From assembly GCA_025558095.1 (NCBI GenBank), contig JAIVFI010000010.1, forward strand, positions 558,001 through 622,000: a stretch of DNA of 64,000 nt. The letters are read 5' to 3'. Made by a program: the position numbers and the translations under genes. The notes beneath the pieces were generated by a model. That model ran no database searches and was not told the origin of the DNA. It saw only the letters and a list, made by a program, of their open reading frames with translations. This document shows positions 1 through 12,611 of this stretch, one piece after another; the stretch's first letter is position 1, and each line of letters begins with the position of its first letter. The DNA comes from Hyaloraphidium curvatum SAG 235-1 (lineage: Eukaryota; Fungi; Monoblepharomycota).

Positions 1-229
1 CGGAAGCAACGACTGGAGATGGTTTTGGTTGTCCGGCGATTGCAGGACGTCCACGGAGTCCCGTATTTCCTGGACGATGGCGATCTTGGCGGGGAGGTCT
101 GGCACGTCTTCAGTCCAGTGCGACCTGCAGGGACAGTCGAGCGATCCTACCGGTAGAGGCATCGCCCAGCTTCGCCGCGGCATTGGCCAGATCCGGCCCG
201 CCGGACTGGGCGACGACCCGGCGGTGCAT
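1..229 (-). CDS. TRA1: 5' end of probable Tra1/TRRAP (SAGA/NuA4 PIKK pseudokinase); runs off window
   Basis: Spliced reading MHRRVVAQSGGPDLANAAAKLGDAST|DLPAKIAIVQEIRDSVDVLQSPDNQNHLQSLLP resembles the Tra1 N-terminal HEAT region; only ~60 aa visible. Confidence 0.6.
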
Positions 230-494
230 GGCCGCCCGAGGCTCCCTCCTGGACGCGTGCGTTCCTCAAGAGTCCCTCTCCCCGGGTCCAGCAACGCGTC
301 CTATCGTCCTTTGGTCATGTGCCGCGCTGCGACGGCGCCAAAGGGCTCCCAAGGGGTCGTGCGCGGGAGCGCGTTTGTGCAGTTCGCGCGCGGGAGCGAG
401 CAACCGCGCCTGCCCATCCACCCCACCCAACATCGCGCTCGGAGTGACCGAAGGGTCGCGCGCAGGGCCAATCGTCGGCATCTCAAACCAGGCG

Positions 495-853
495 ATGTCG
501 GACGAGCGGGACGTCAACCTGTACCTCGCCGCGTGGGCGGCCACCGGCGTGTTCATGCGGTGCTACTCCCTCGCGCTGCAGCGGCGGCCCATCTTCCAAG
601 GTGGGAGCGATGCCCGCCGCCCCCGCCAATCGCACCGCGCTCTGACCGGAGGCCGCGTCCCCGTCCGCGCCTTGCTCGTCGTGGCGCCCGCGACGCGGCG
701 GCGGCTGCAGGGCCCGTCACGCACATCGGCCACACCCTGGTGGCTATGGGTTTCGGCGCTGCCTTCAACTCGTATCGCGAGAGGCAGCTCGTGCGCCTGG
801 AGGCGCAAAAGAACTCTTTGCTGGAGCGACGGAGGGCAAAGGAGGCGGCTTGA
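495..853 (+). CDS. Complex I accessory subunit, fungal 14 kDa / NDUFC2-like (2 exons)
   Basis: MSDERDVNLYLAAWAATGVFMRCYSLALQRRPIFQ|GPVTHIGHTLVAMGFGAAFNSYRERQLVRLEAQKNSLLERRR; GT..AG intron ~601-710. Confidence 0.7.
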
Positions 854-942
854 GTGTCACCGGACAAGTGACTGGATGGACACGAGACTGACGCCGCCGG
901 AGGCGATGCTGGCGGAATCGGCTTGTAGGAACCACGGAGCAA

Positions 943-3077
943 CTACATCTTTTCTGCTGGCGCCTCGTCCGGATCCCCGCGTGGTGCTTTGGGGGGGAAC
1001 ATGTCCTCACTTCCCCCCAACTCCCGAAAGACATGCCTTGCTATGTCCGAAAGTCCCTCGAGATGGGCTGCAGGTGGAGTATCGGGCACGTAGATAACGG
1101 ACCCTTGGGGCGCGGTCGGACTTCGGTTGAAACGGAAGCGCTGCCTGAAGAACATGAGGAACAACGCCGCGGGCAGCTCCTTGGCAACGGGCGAGACTGC
1201 AAGCACAGTGATGATGTGAAGCTGCACGGGCTTCGCATACTGGAAGTGTACCAACCAGGGTTTCCGAAGCTACCAGTGTCGACGAACTGTCGCACGACGT
1301 CTAAGAGGTCCCCCCGCGCCGTGGCCTCGGCAAGACAAAAGAAGTGCAGCGCATCTGGAAGCAAACAAATCAGGTATTGTTCCGACGGAAAGGCCCCTTC
1401 CGCACATATCCCTGGTGGTGCCGTGTGGTTGCTCGCCGAAACCTGGAGCACCAACACCTTCCCTGCGCCGCTGTCTGCCCTGCCAGGCAGAACAACCAGG
1501 TCAAGCTCGCTGTCCGATTGTAGAGGCCTGTCCGTGAGGACGATGCATCGCGAGACAAAGGTCCTAATGCGCATCTTCAGTTCGGAACAGAAGGGCACGC
1601 AGTTCGAGGAACGCACTCATCACACAACAAAGAGTTGCCGCCTCCCAGATCGGCGTAATCGAGAGAAGCAACGGTGCGCTTGGCGTGGACAATCCGGCCG
1701 CCCGACAGCTCTACGTCGATAGCATGTGTCGCACCGTCTGGGGCCGCGGACAGCCTGCGAACGGGCTGATCGAGCATGTATGTTCCACCGTGAACGGCGC
1801 ACAGTCTGGCGAGCCAAAGCGTCAGGAAGAGCGTACTCTAGGCATCCGCACGTCGACTTGCCGGCTGAAACCCTGCGCCATCTCGCTGCCGCCTCCGTAT
1901 GCAGGGCAAAGAAACGGAGTGGGTCCGTAACGCCCCAACGATTTAAGGTAACGTCTTGTGCCGAGGACACCTTCGCGCACAGAAACTACCGTGTGGCAAC
2001 GTAATGAGATCAGGCTCGGGACGGAGGAGGCCACACTTCCAACTACCATTGCCAGTGAGGTCGAGGGTCGAAGCCACCGAGTCCGAGAGCACTCTGACGA
2101 GGTTCAGGGACAGGCCCTGATGACTGAGCATGGCCTCGAACGTTCCGTGCGTCGTCGCGTTCTCGTCTGGCAGGCTGGCAATGAGGCACTATTCCGCCCG
2201 CGCGCATTGCCCGGCGAACCGATGCCAATATCCTCCATTTCTCCGACGGTGCGTAGCGACTTCATCAAGGCTCGCTTCTCAAGCAGTCCGAGAATCTCGT
2301 TGCCGAAGATGTCCTCCTTTGACACGGGCACCTTCCGAAGCGACTCGCCCCACCGCACCGACGCCGACTCGAGTGCCTTGAACTCCATGTAGTTATTCAC
2401 TCCCGACGCCAACAGCAGGTCGACTGCCACCCCCGTAGCAAAAAAGAGGCGGGGATACAGCTCAATGTTGAAGGACCGCGAGCGGTCGAAAAGACGGGAA
2501 AGGGTTCTGGCCCGGTTCTGCAGAGGAACGGCCCCGGAGGCGAGCGGCGCTTCTTCCCGGCGAGAAAGTAGCTCCTCGATGAGAGCACCAAGTTCCGGGA
2601 CTCCGTTTGACATGGCCAGTGCCAGCTCCGCCGCGGAAGGTCCGGCATCCGCCGGCGCCTCACGCAGCATCTGCTCCTCCGCTCCGGAATGAAGAGCATC
2701 CGACACGTAGCACTCGATTTGATCGAAGGATCGGAGAAAGTTCCCACGCGCGTCCACGTGTCCGGCTGGTTGCTCTGAAGCCCACGGTCAGCCGACGCCG
2801 CGGTCCCGTCGGTCTCGGGTCACCTTTCGCTGCGGCAGAAGCATCCGCGGCAAGCTGGAGGAGCGATCGGAAGTCAAACGCGGCGTCGCGGGACCCGTAG
2901 AAGCGATTCGCATCTATCTGCACGACCGAGAGCCCCGATAATGCGGCAGCGCTGGGGGACCGTTCCGTCAGGCGCAAGCAGTCGGTCGACGATAGGAGGA
3001 ACCGGCCTGGCAATAATGCATTCCAATACTCCTGTACCGAGCACCGCTAGATCGTAGCTGTCGGCCTCGTCTGCCAT
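943..3077 (-). CDS. MRS6: Rab escort protein (GDI/REP family, Mrs6/CHM-like), multi-exon
   Basis: YDLAVLGTGVLECIIA; VVQIDANRFYGS; SRSFNIELYPRL..LLLASGVNNYMEFKAL; KVPVSKEDIF..LLEKRALMK; YGPTPFLCPAYGGGSEMAQGFSR. Confidence 0.85.
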
Positions 3078-3162
3078 ATTGGCGCGCGCGGTATAGCGTC
3101 GCACCGCGGGCTGGGAAAGTCAACTATCACGCATCGCGTCGCCACAATCGTCTTGTCCGACG

Positions 3163-3858
3163 ATGAGCCGCATTTTGGGCCGAGCATGGCGCCCGGTGCG
3201 GACATCGTGTTCGCAAATGGGCGCGCCGCGTGCCCCGGAGTCTCTCGGAACGGGCCAGACGTGTCAGGCGGCCGTCTGCGCTGTGGACGCTCGGAGAGGG
3301 CTGAAGTCGCGGGACATCAGCGGTCGGTCAGCCGACTTCCGCGCGAGATTGCGCCTCATCATTCAACTGTCGCAGACTACACTGATCGGGGGAACGGGCG
3401 GATAGAGTTCCGGTCCGGGGAGGTGGGGGCATCTGCAGCAATCGTCGAGGCGTAAGCTCAGCGCATCGGCCACAGACCTACAGCCCGTGGATGTTGAACC
3501 CTGGAAACGTGGAGCGGATAAGGAGCAAGCAGATTGCGAGGCCGCCGCCGAAGCGGTCGGACGTGTTCAAGCTACTGAACGTTCGCCCTCTGGACATGTG
3601 GAAGGTTCAGTGCTCCGCTGTTTTGATTTCGAGCTGCGTATTGAGCGACCCGTCTATCGTAGGATGTCACTTTCTTGTCCCAGTTCGTTACGGAGATGGG
3701 CTACATTAAGCGGCGAGAGGAGACCGGTGCGTTTCGCCTCTGGTCCGGCTCCCGGTGTTCAGCAATCGCCAACGATGACCGCAGGGTTGACGCACAAGAA
3801 TCAGGCCCTTATTGGGAGAGCTATTCGTCGAGCACGGAGCGCAGGACTGATGGGATGA
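3163..3858 (+). CDS. RSM18: Mitochondrial ribosomal protein bS18m
   Basis: Exons TYSPWML..PLDMWK|DVTFLSQFVTEMGYIKRREETG|LTHKNQALIGRAIRRARSAGLM match the S18 signature; Arg/Ser-rich presequence. Confidence 0.8.
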
Positions 3859-4005
3859 GCGGCCCGATGCGTTGGTTGCGCGGCTACAGACATAGCATTA
3901 TACCCTCTTCTTCTACAATCCATGTTTCTCCAACCTTGCTCGAGAGACTGTAGTGTGGCCGGCGCCGTCCGAAGCGCCCATTCCCAGCATTCAAGAAACG
4001 GTGGC

Positions 4006-4583
4006 CTACTTGCCCTTGATGCGGAAGTTGTTGTTTGGCAACGCAAGCTTGGGTATACCTCGCGGATGCGGCACTGCGAGCACCTCATGGTCAGCGACGA
4101 ATAATAGCCAACGGGCGTCCCGGCACGAAGTTCGCCAGCGGGCGTTCCGGTGCGTACCTTTCGTGAAGTGGGGTACCAAATGGAAGCCCTTGACGAGCTT
4201 CCGGTGATTCCGCGAAAAGACGAAGTATTTCTCTCTTGGAGTAAGCTCGCTCTCCTTCGGCATCTCCTTGGCCAGTTCCTGGTGACATGCGCGTCGGTCC
4301 GCGTCCGCCCGAGGCAGCGCAGCATCGCCCACCAGCGCCTTGAACGACACTCCCGACGACGCCAGCGCCTCTATCACCCCATCAACCTCCCTCAGACGCT
4401 TCCTCAGGTTCGCTTTTCGCGTCTGGTTGAGCCGCCATGGGCGGGTGTACGACCTGGGGCGCGAGCCGGCAATCCGTCGGTCAGGCGACATCTGGCCGCC
4501 AAGATGGCGCAGAATGCGAATGCGCACCAAAAGACACCGCCCTCGGCGGCGAAGGTTGGCCGGAAGGCACCAAGGAGCGACAT
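4006..4583 (-). CDS. MRPL31: Mitochondrial ribosomal protein mL60 (fungal L31)
   Basis: MSLLGAFRPTFAAEGGVFW..PWRLNQTRKANLRKRLREVDGVI..MPKESELTPREKYFVFSR..KGFHLVPHFTK. Confidence 0.8.
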
Positions 4584-4793
4584 TTCGACCAGCTGGGGTG
4601 GTTGTTGCCCGCTCGAGCAGTCACGGACTGCCCGCCGCCCTTCGTCATACTGCGTCACGACATCGGACGTGGGTAACCCGACCGGTGGTTCATAAACTGC
4701 TCTATGTGATGACCGGCCATCCAGCTGCGCCGACGATTCGTCGCCGGACGATCGCCAACTCCAACCCGCACGAACCCAACAACGATGTGATGC

Positions 4794-5828
4794 TTACACG
4801 CACGCCTGAAGACGGGAGCGGGTTAGTTTGACGCGATGATGCAACGGCAAATAAGTAGCGTGCCTTGTTCTCGCTGGTGGGCGGAGATTCGTTAGCGATG
4901 GCTTCTGATCGGGGCCGCGAGACGCCTTACCTGGTGATCTTCGTGTTGAGAATGAGCGCCACGATGAGACTAGAGACCGTGAGGAGCAGTTCATAGGCGA
5001 TGCACGAGCGATTTCAAAGTCCGATCGCGGAGCGGTTCACACGCCGTGAGCAAGCGACATGGCGAAGTAAGGGCTGCTGGACCCACCCGTAGAGACCCAG
5101 CACTTCAGCGAAAATGAGAATAAGAATCATGCCGACGAACAGCCTGGTGGAGACGTCAATCATCGGCGCATTCGGGTAAAGCGAGAAGCACCCACCTAGG
5201 CTGCTGGCCGGTACCGCGGACACCCGCGTCACCGGCAATGCCGATGGCGTACCCGGCAGCGAGACCGGAGAGGCCGACCGAGAGACCGGCGGCGAGCTGG
5301 ACCATGCCACTGCATCGCGGGTCGCAAGAGCGTGTCGGTCAATGACGTCAGGCGCCAACAACCCGTCGGCGGACACCCACGCGAAGAGCGACTGGTTCGC
5401 CGCCAAGTTGCCCGACACGAGCACGCCGACGACGAGCCCGTAGATACCAATGATACCCGCCATGACGACGGGCACAATGGACTTCATGATGAGCTCGGGA
5501 TGCATCACACCCATCGACGTGATGCCGACGGCGGACTTGGCCGTCCCGTACGCGGCACCGAAGCCTGCACATGCGAGGCGCGGTCAGGCAGACGCGCAGG
5601 GGATGCCGTGCAGCCCGACACCTACACGTGAAGACGATGGCCGAAGCCACGCCCATCGTCCCGAAGAACGACGCGTAGATGGGGCCTGGTGCGGAGAAGA
5701 AGGGGATCGCGTCAGTGCCTGCCACTGCAACGCCCCAACATGCGCAGGCCGCGCGGTGCCGCGCGGGGGCGGCGCGGCGAGGGACACCCACAGTAGGAGA
5801 AGTTTCCGGCGGGGATGGCCCACGACAT
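4794..5828 (-). CDS. VMA3: V-ATPase proteolipid subunit c, multi-exon
   Basis: [19 protein letters not shown]; [28 protein letters not shown]; [20 protein letters not shown]. Confidence 0.95.
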
Positions 5829-6558
5829 GGCGGCTGGCTGCGGCGGCGGGAAGAGGTGGGTGCGGAAGGTCTCCTTGCGGGACTGGAGGGCGGCGGCGGC
5901 GCGGTGGGAGGCGGGGCGCGGGGCGGCGCCACGGGCGATGGCGCGGTGATGCGGCACGGGCGTGCGACGGGCGGCGGCGCGGCGCGGTCAGCGGCGGCGT
6001 TGGCGGGAAAGGCTTGCGCCGCGATGGCTGCGGCTGTCTTACCGAAGTCGGCGGGCGTTGGGCCGGCGAGAGTGTTGGGCTGAAGTGGCGCTCGTATCTT
6101 GACTCCAGGCTCTGCGCGTGCAAAAGAAGTGCAGGGTCCCCGGGAACACTCATCGGGCTGCCCAGAGCGGCTCATGTCCCGTCACTGCGGCGAGCTTCTT
6201 TCATCGTCAATCCCACCTATGGCTTGGCCGATGCCGTGCCTCTGCTACCGATCGCGTTCCCGTCAACCTGACGGGGGCGGTGATTGGACCGTCCTGGCCG
6301 CTGGATCGGAAAGATTCAGCGTACGGTCCTAATCCAGAGCCATTCTAAAGTGCAGAGCAATTGCTCCCGTGGCCGCTTCTGCCGCGATCGGGCTCGAATC
6401 GGGCGTCCATGCCCTGCGAGTGATCGGAGCATGCGGGTATGCGGGCCATTGGAAGGCAAAGTCCTCCGAACCCCGGAAGACGCCTGAAGCGCGCTTCGAC
6501 GCGTCAGCCGCGTGGTTCGCGTACAGCTATGGCATGAGCAGCCGCCCCACGGCCCGGA

Positions 6559-9500
6559 ATGTTCGGCCGAAAGAAACTCGGTGTGGGCGGCACGAACCGC
6601 CCGCGACCCCAGAACGGAGATGGGTCCCTGGACCAAAGCGCGCCGGTTTCTGCCCCGAGCAGCTATGCGGTGGCTCCCGTGGACGGTTTTGTCGGCGATG
6701 GTGGCCAATGGGCGGGCGCGTCGGGCTACGGATACGTCCCGCAGGCCGGGGCGGCGGAATCTTTCGGCCAGCGGCCCTCTGCGAGCGACGTCGGGTCGCG
6801 CAGCCTCACCTCGGCCAGCGAGGCTGCCGCTGCGAGGCTCTTTGGATTGGCCCCGGCTTCTTCCAGCCCTGCTCCCCCGAATCGCGCGCGGGTCGAAGTG
6901 GCCGAAAAGCTGAACCCCGAAGTCGAGGCTACCCTGGCCTTTATCGAGCAACAATGGGGTTTCATGACCGATGAACAGGTGTGCAGAGTGCACACGTGGC
7001 TTTCTTGGCTGTCAACTTAGCTTTGAGACCCGCAGTTCGACCCCATCTCCATGGCGCTGTCACTCATGGACCAGAGCTCGTTGGGGCACGACTTCAACGC
7101 ATTTCTTCATGCCCTGGGGCGCCTGGAAAAGGCGATGGATATCTTGGTCAACGGTGGGATTTGCGATGCCGATTGATGGACTCGCGCTGATTTCGGGCTC
7201 AGACTACTTTCAAACCTTCAACGACTCCATTCACACCTTCAGCGGGGTGGTCGAGACCGTCGTCGGTGGGTCGGAGCCGCATCAGAATGGCGCCACCACC
7301 CTTACGGACGATACGCAGACTCCCAGAAGCGAGCGGACCAGATGCGGAAGGCTCTCCTCAATTCTCGGGACCTCCTCCATGCCAAACGGTCCGACCTGAT
7401 GGACCTCTGGCTGAAGAGCGTTAAGTACAAGGAGATGCTGAGAATGATCGATGCAATGTGGGTTCGGCCGCCTCCTGCCAGGTCCGATCGCTGACTCTGT
7501 GCCAAGTGCGGAGCTCCACGAAGCCCCGGACAACGTCGAGATCCTTCTCAACCAGAAGTACTTTCTGCAGGCGCTGACGACTATCCAAAAGTCGTTGCAA
7601 ACGCTGGCGTCCCCGGAGTACGCCGGGGTTGCCGCGCTGTCGAGCGTCAGGACCAGCTTGGAACGGGTCTACTCCGTGGGTTCCGGAGGCTTTCACACCT
7701 GCGAACGCTCCCTGAGCGGCCGGCCCATTGGCACTAGACATTACCGGAAACTCTCATTGAGGAGCTTCACAACCACATTTACCTCAAGAACGCCTTCAGC
7801 ATGGACCGGCTTTGGGTGCATCAAGCGAACCGCGCAGGTTGGTTTTCCGCGGGGCGGGAACTTGCCGATGCTCACGCGATCTCTCGTTCAAGCGAACGGC
7901 CGTTCGAATTCAGTCGCCGCTAAGGAGGCATCGAAGGCTCGGGGTGGCGCGAGCGATGAGGTGACCCGCGGCCGATCGAAGTGCTGTTTCGCGCCGCTAA
8001 CGATGCCCCAAGATATTCGAGGATACGGATGTCAATCCCGAGCTCGACTCCTTCCACTACATGGAGGTTCTCCTCGAGTCATTGCGCATGACGAACCAGC
8101 TCCCGGCTGCGATTTCCGTGGGTGTTCCGGCAAATCCGGTTGCTGTAACGCTCACCCCGTTTTGTCGGCAAGGCTCTTCGCCAGAGATTCCGTATTGAGC
8201 TTTTCGAACTAACGGAACGCACAGCGGACGAGATCTTGGAGAAATCGGGCGCTTCGAAGGGCGGAATGGCATCTTCCGACGCCGACACCCTGCAAGAGTT
8301 CCTCTCCGTCCTTTATCGTCGGCTCGAGGTCGTCATGCAGGCACACCTCTTTGTCCTGGAAGTCATTCGCACAAAACTGAAGGTGATGGCTGCCCCTTCT
8401 GCTTCCGCCGGAAGCCTAGCTGACGGAGCTGCAGCAAATCTCGACTGCGGAGCGGGTGCCGTTGTACAGTATCAGCGATGTGTGGATTGCCGTTCAAGAT
8501 GAGGTAAGCGACGTCAAGCACTCCAAACGCATGTGCTAAGTGTTTCTTCCATCGTCCAGGTCAAGACCATGCTGTCGGAGCACCTGACCGAGTCCGATGC
8601 CACGCAAAAGTACACGACCGCAGCCCTGTCGCTGAACGACCTGCTCCGCAACCCCCGCGGATTGGCAAGGGAAGGCATTGTCAAGGTGGGCCCGGAACTC
8701 TTGAGCCATGGAGTCTGTCATGACATGCCGCCTCAGTCCATTTTTCAAATGCCCGACACCGACGCTTCCGATGCCTTGGTATTACGATATCGGAACGCCG
8801 TCGGGCTCGCCGAGAAGCCGTTCCCGACAGGTGCGACGGCGGCTCCCTTGGTGTCCGATGCAGGGCTCGCGCGCAAGGGTACACGCCGGTTGCTGGCGAC
8901 TCCCGATTCCAGGAGGGTGCTTGTCGTCTACAAACCGACGTCGGACTTTGTCGAGCGAATGGAGAGCGTACTGGCTACCGAGTATGTGTCCTCCCCTGTG
9001 CCCGGAATCAGCATGCGCTAACTTGCAACAGGTCCGCGGAAGTGTCCGACTTCCGCAGCTTCCTCGACGACTTCATCCTCAACACTTTGCTACCCAAAGT
9101 CGAAGACGAGATCATGGACTACTTCCACGACTTGATAAACGGTATGTGGCGCCCTGCGCTTGGGAGAAGCCTTCTCATCTGTTGCACCACAGGGGAAGAT
9201 GCTTTCCAGGCTCACCTCGACGAGGTCTTGAGCCCCTTTCCGCTGCTGAACGTGAGAGCCCTGGGCGCCTCTATTGGTTTGCGCCTCACCACATCTACGG
9301 CAGAGCGTTGTCGGGGTTTGCGCGCTTCTGGAGTCGATGGGTCTCCTCCTGCACTACCTTCCCGTGCACAAGGACCACTTTGTCAACACCATGGAAGTTG
9401 TCGTGTGGAAATTCTCGGAGAAGTGCGTTGCAAAGTACAGACGTGGGTCAGGGTGGCCGGGCGTCCAGATAGCTTCTGACTCGCCACTGTTTCAGACGTG

Positions 9501-10588
9501 ATGGCTAACGAAACAACGGACGGAAGAGGGTCGTCCAAGATCGTCAGCGCTGCGTGGGCTCAGGACCCTTCCCTGTCGAACGTGCTGACCCTCTTCTATG
9601 AGTCGTCCGCCGACGCTGACGGCGAACGGGTCGAGAAGCTGTCGGAGGAGGTGGGAGGAAGCGATCTCCGACGTTCGCTCCCTGAACGCCACGCAACAGG
9701 AGTTCCATGCGCTGGAGAAGTTGAAGGGCGACAGATCCTTCCACAGGAGCGAACTGGTGTTTGATGCGAGAAAGTTGGCGTTTCTCGCGAACCTGCACCA
9801 CAGCCTGGTGAGCGAGACAGCGTGCATCGGCGGCTGCCGCTGACTCGGCTACCGCAGCAATGGTTTCGGGACCAGATTGCTCTGTTCCGAAAGACCACAT
9901 ACCAGGCCGCTCGGTCCTCTGTCAGCCATCGTCTTCCCGCTCGATCGCAGGTAGGTCTTCGCGCGGTAGCCGGCCGTGTCTTTCTCACGCACACATTGCA
10001 GGCCGCGTTCTGGCGCCTCCAACGCTTGTCAGGACTGCATCCGACCACCCGGCAGAAGATTCTTGACATCCCGCCGGAGTCCGTGGCGCGGTTCGAAGCC
10101 ATGTTCAAAAGCTTGGAGATCTTTGCCGATACGTGCTTGCTGGCGTTGAGGATAGAGCTGCGCTGCCACGCGTTCTACTTCCTTGACTTGGCCTTCATCG
10201 AAGGCAACTACGAGCTGGATGACGAGCCATCGGATCTGGACCCCTACATCGTCGAGCTCAACCAAGATATGGTGCGGGCACAGGAAGCAATATCCGGGAC
10301 GATGGCGTTGGATCGCGTGAGGTACGTTCAACATTGCGGCTCGCGCGGCTTTTGGACCAACTGTCCGCCAGGTTCGTCTTTGAGGGCATGGACATTGCGA
10401 TCAACAAGATCGTGGAGAAGGTGCGCCGGCCCTCTGCGCGGCCATAGATAGCACGTGAGAACTGACTCCCCCTGCAGAACATCCCGCACATCCGTAACAT
10501 CAATGCGAACGGGAAGCTGAAACTCCGTCGTGGGATCGGCAGTCTTGAACAGCTGGAAGCATGGCTTGCGCAGCAGTATCCTCGCTAG
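6559..10588 (+). CDS. SEC8: Exocyst component Sec8/EXOC4, multi-exon
   Basis: QWGFMTDEQ|FDPISMALSLMDQSSLG; YFQTFNDSIHTFS; LIEELHNHIYLK; ADTCLLALRIELRCHAFYFL. Confidence 0.9.
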
Positions 10589-10808
10589 AAAGGCGCCGAG
10601 GGTTACGTGGTGAAACGAAGCTCATTTCATGGAGGAAGAGACAATCGCGCGCTGCAGATGCCGTAGTCGTAGAATTTATAATGAATGCTGCATCGTTGAA
10701 GGTGCGATCGAAGGAACGCAGCAGTGACCTCGGTGCGCCTCCGCCGGCGGCCGAGGCCTGTGACGCCGGCGCTCAGTGACGCGCTCCCCGCCTTGCAAAC
10801 AACTCGCA

Positions 10809-12595
10809 ATGGACATTTCCTCGGCAGAGCACCTGCTTTCCTCGAATCTCGAGGAAGAAGCGTCAGAGGTGCCTGCAGGAGCAGATGTTCCGCAAGAAGC
10901 CGTCCCGGCGGCGCCAGCGGCGGGCAATGGGACCCAGGACTCGCCGGACGGCGGCGACCGCGACGCGGTTACCGAGGAGGCGGCCGCAGCCCAAGGGGCA
11001 GCGGAAGACCGGAGTGCAAAGCTCTTGCCATCTTTCTCTGGCTGGGGATTTCCGTCGAGCTTCTCCTGGGGCAAAGTAATGGAATCCGGCGGCAAGATGA
11101 TGCAGACCGTCAAGAAACAGACGGAAGGAGTCATCGACGTGTACCGCAAGTTCGTTCCGGTCTTCGGCAGTGTTCAAAAGGCGGCCTTACGATCCTTTCT
11201 CCCAGGGACATCACCGAGCTGGTGAATGTTGTGACGACAGAGACGACGCAAGTCGCCGAGAAGCTGAAGCCCGTCATGGTTTCTACGACCGGGACGGTCG
11301 TCGAGAACCTGAAGAACATCGTTTTCGAGGACAGTGACGAAGAGGACGAGGAGCCGACGGAGTTTGAGAAGGCAATCGAGGAGCAAGTTGGACGGCTTGC
11401 CAACTCCGCTGGGAAGGTCGCCCACAACGTCTCGGAACGGCTGTCGAGCCTGCTGAACCAGGCGGTGAAGATCAGGGGCGCAGATGACGACAAGAAGAAG
11501 TCGAAGAAGCTCATGTGGGCGTCTTGCGCGCGCGAAGGAGTCTGGGTGACTCATGCACAGCTACGGCAGCTACGATCCGAAACAAGTGTTGGTCGCGGCA
11601 CTCCGGGCCGATCCTGCCACCTTTCTGGAGGATCCGCACGAATCTACGGCTTCGCCGAATGAGCTTCTGCACGACGACAAGGCGGATACAAGCTCGCCTT
11701 TGCAGAGGGCGGAGACTCGGTTCCAGGCGTTCCGGACGGACTTCAACATCGCCGAGCACGCCGGACAGATTTCTCGCATCCTCAACGAAGATGCAGAAAT
11801 GAAGAGGATGCTGGAAAGGATAGGTTGGTCAACCCATGCCAAGGGGAGCCGGGATCAAGAGGCTGACAAGATGCACCTCAGTTCCCGCCCAGGCGTCGTA
11901 CGAACAGTTCTGGCAACGTTACTTCTTCAAGATTGCGGAGATCGACGTGTTGGAGGCCCGCCGCAAAGCTCTGATGCAGGGTGGGTGGGTTGTTGGTCTT
12001 CGACGGCAGAATCTGATTCTGCCCGTGCAACACAGGCGTGCAAACGGCAGACGACGAGGAATTTACCTGGGACGAGGACGACTCTTCGGAAGAGGCCGCC
12101 GCCAACTCGCCCTCGGATGCACAACCGGACGCAGAAGCGAAGGACGCAGCACCGAAGGACGCAGAACCGAAAGAGCCCGAGGTTTCGGAAGGAATCGTTT
12201 CATCAGTCAGTGAAAGCGTTCATGTTGTCACGGACGAGGAGGGCGATAAGGAAGCGTTCTCGGAAGGTTTCAAACCATCTTCCGCGGACGAAGGAGTTGC
12301 TCCTGCTGACGCTACTGGAGCCGGAGAGGACTCGGGGACGACTGAACCGAACGGAACAGATCAGATCTCGCCAGATGAAACGTCCGATCAATCGCTGGCC
12401 GTTGGAGACCCGATCGTCTCGGAGAACGCGGTGAAACCTGCAGCAGCGGCGGATGACTGGGGTGAGGAGCCCCTGGACGCCCCTGGTTCGGCCGAACCGG
12501 CACTTGCCGCCCCCGCGCCGCCGTCAAGGGCAGTCGAAGAACCGGTCAAGAAAGGGGACGACGAGGAGGAAAATGATTGGGGTTGGGACACGTGA
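10809..12595 (+). CDS. BSD-domain protein (Dos2/BSDC1-like) with acidic tail
   Basis: VPAQASYEQFWQRYFFKIAEI..EARRKAL; EEFTWDEDD; C-terminal ENDWGWDT. Confidence 0.85.
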
Positions 12596-12611
12596 TGGGT
12601 GACGAAAGTCA

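Noticed and set aside
4836-4911. C/D box snoRNA (atgatg..ctga with a short terminal stem)
   Set aside because: It is antisense to the host intron, box C is imperfect, and the region is explained by VMA3 introns and the microexon
5830-6550. Long Ala/Arg/Pro-rich ORFs here and antisense to many genes
   Set aside because: Shadow ORFs expected at high GC; no recognisable motifs
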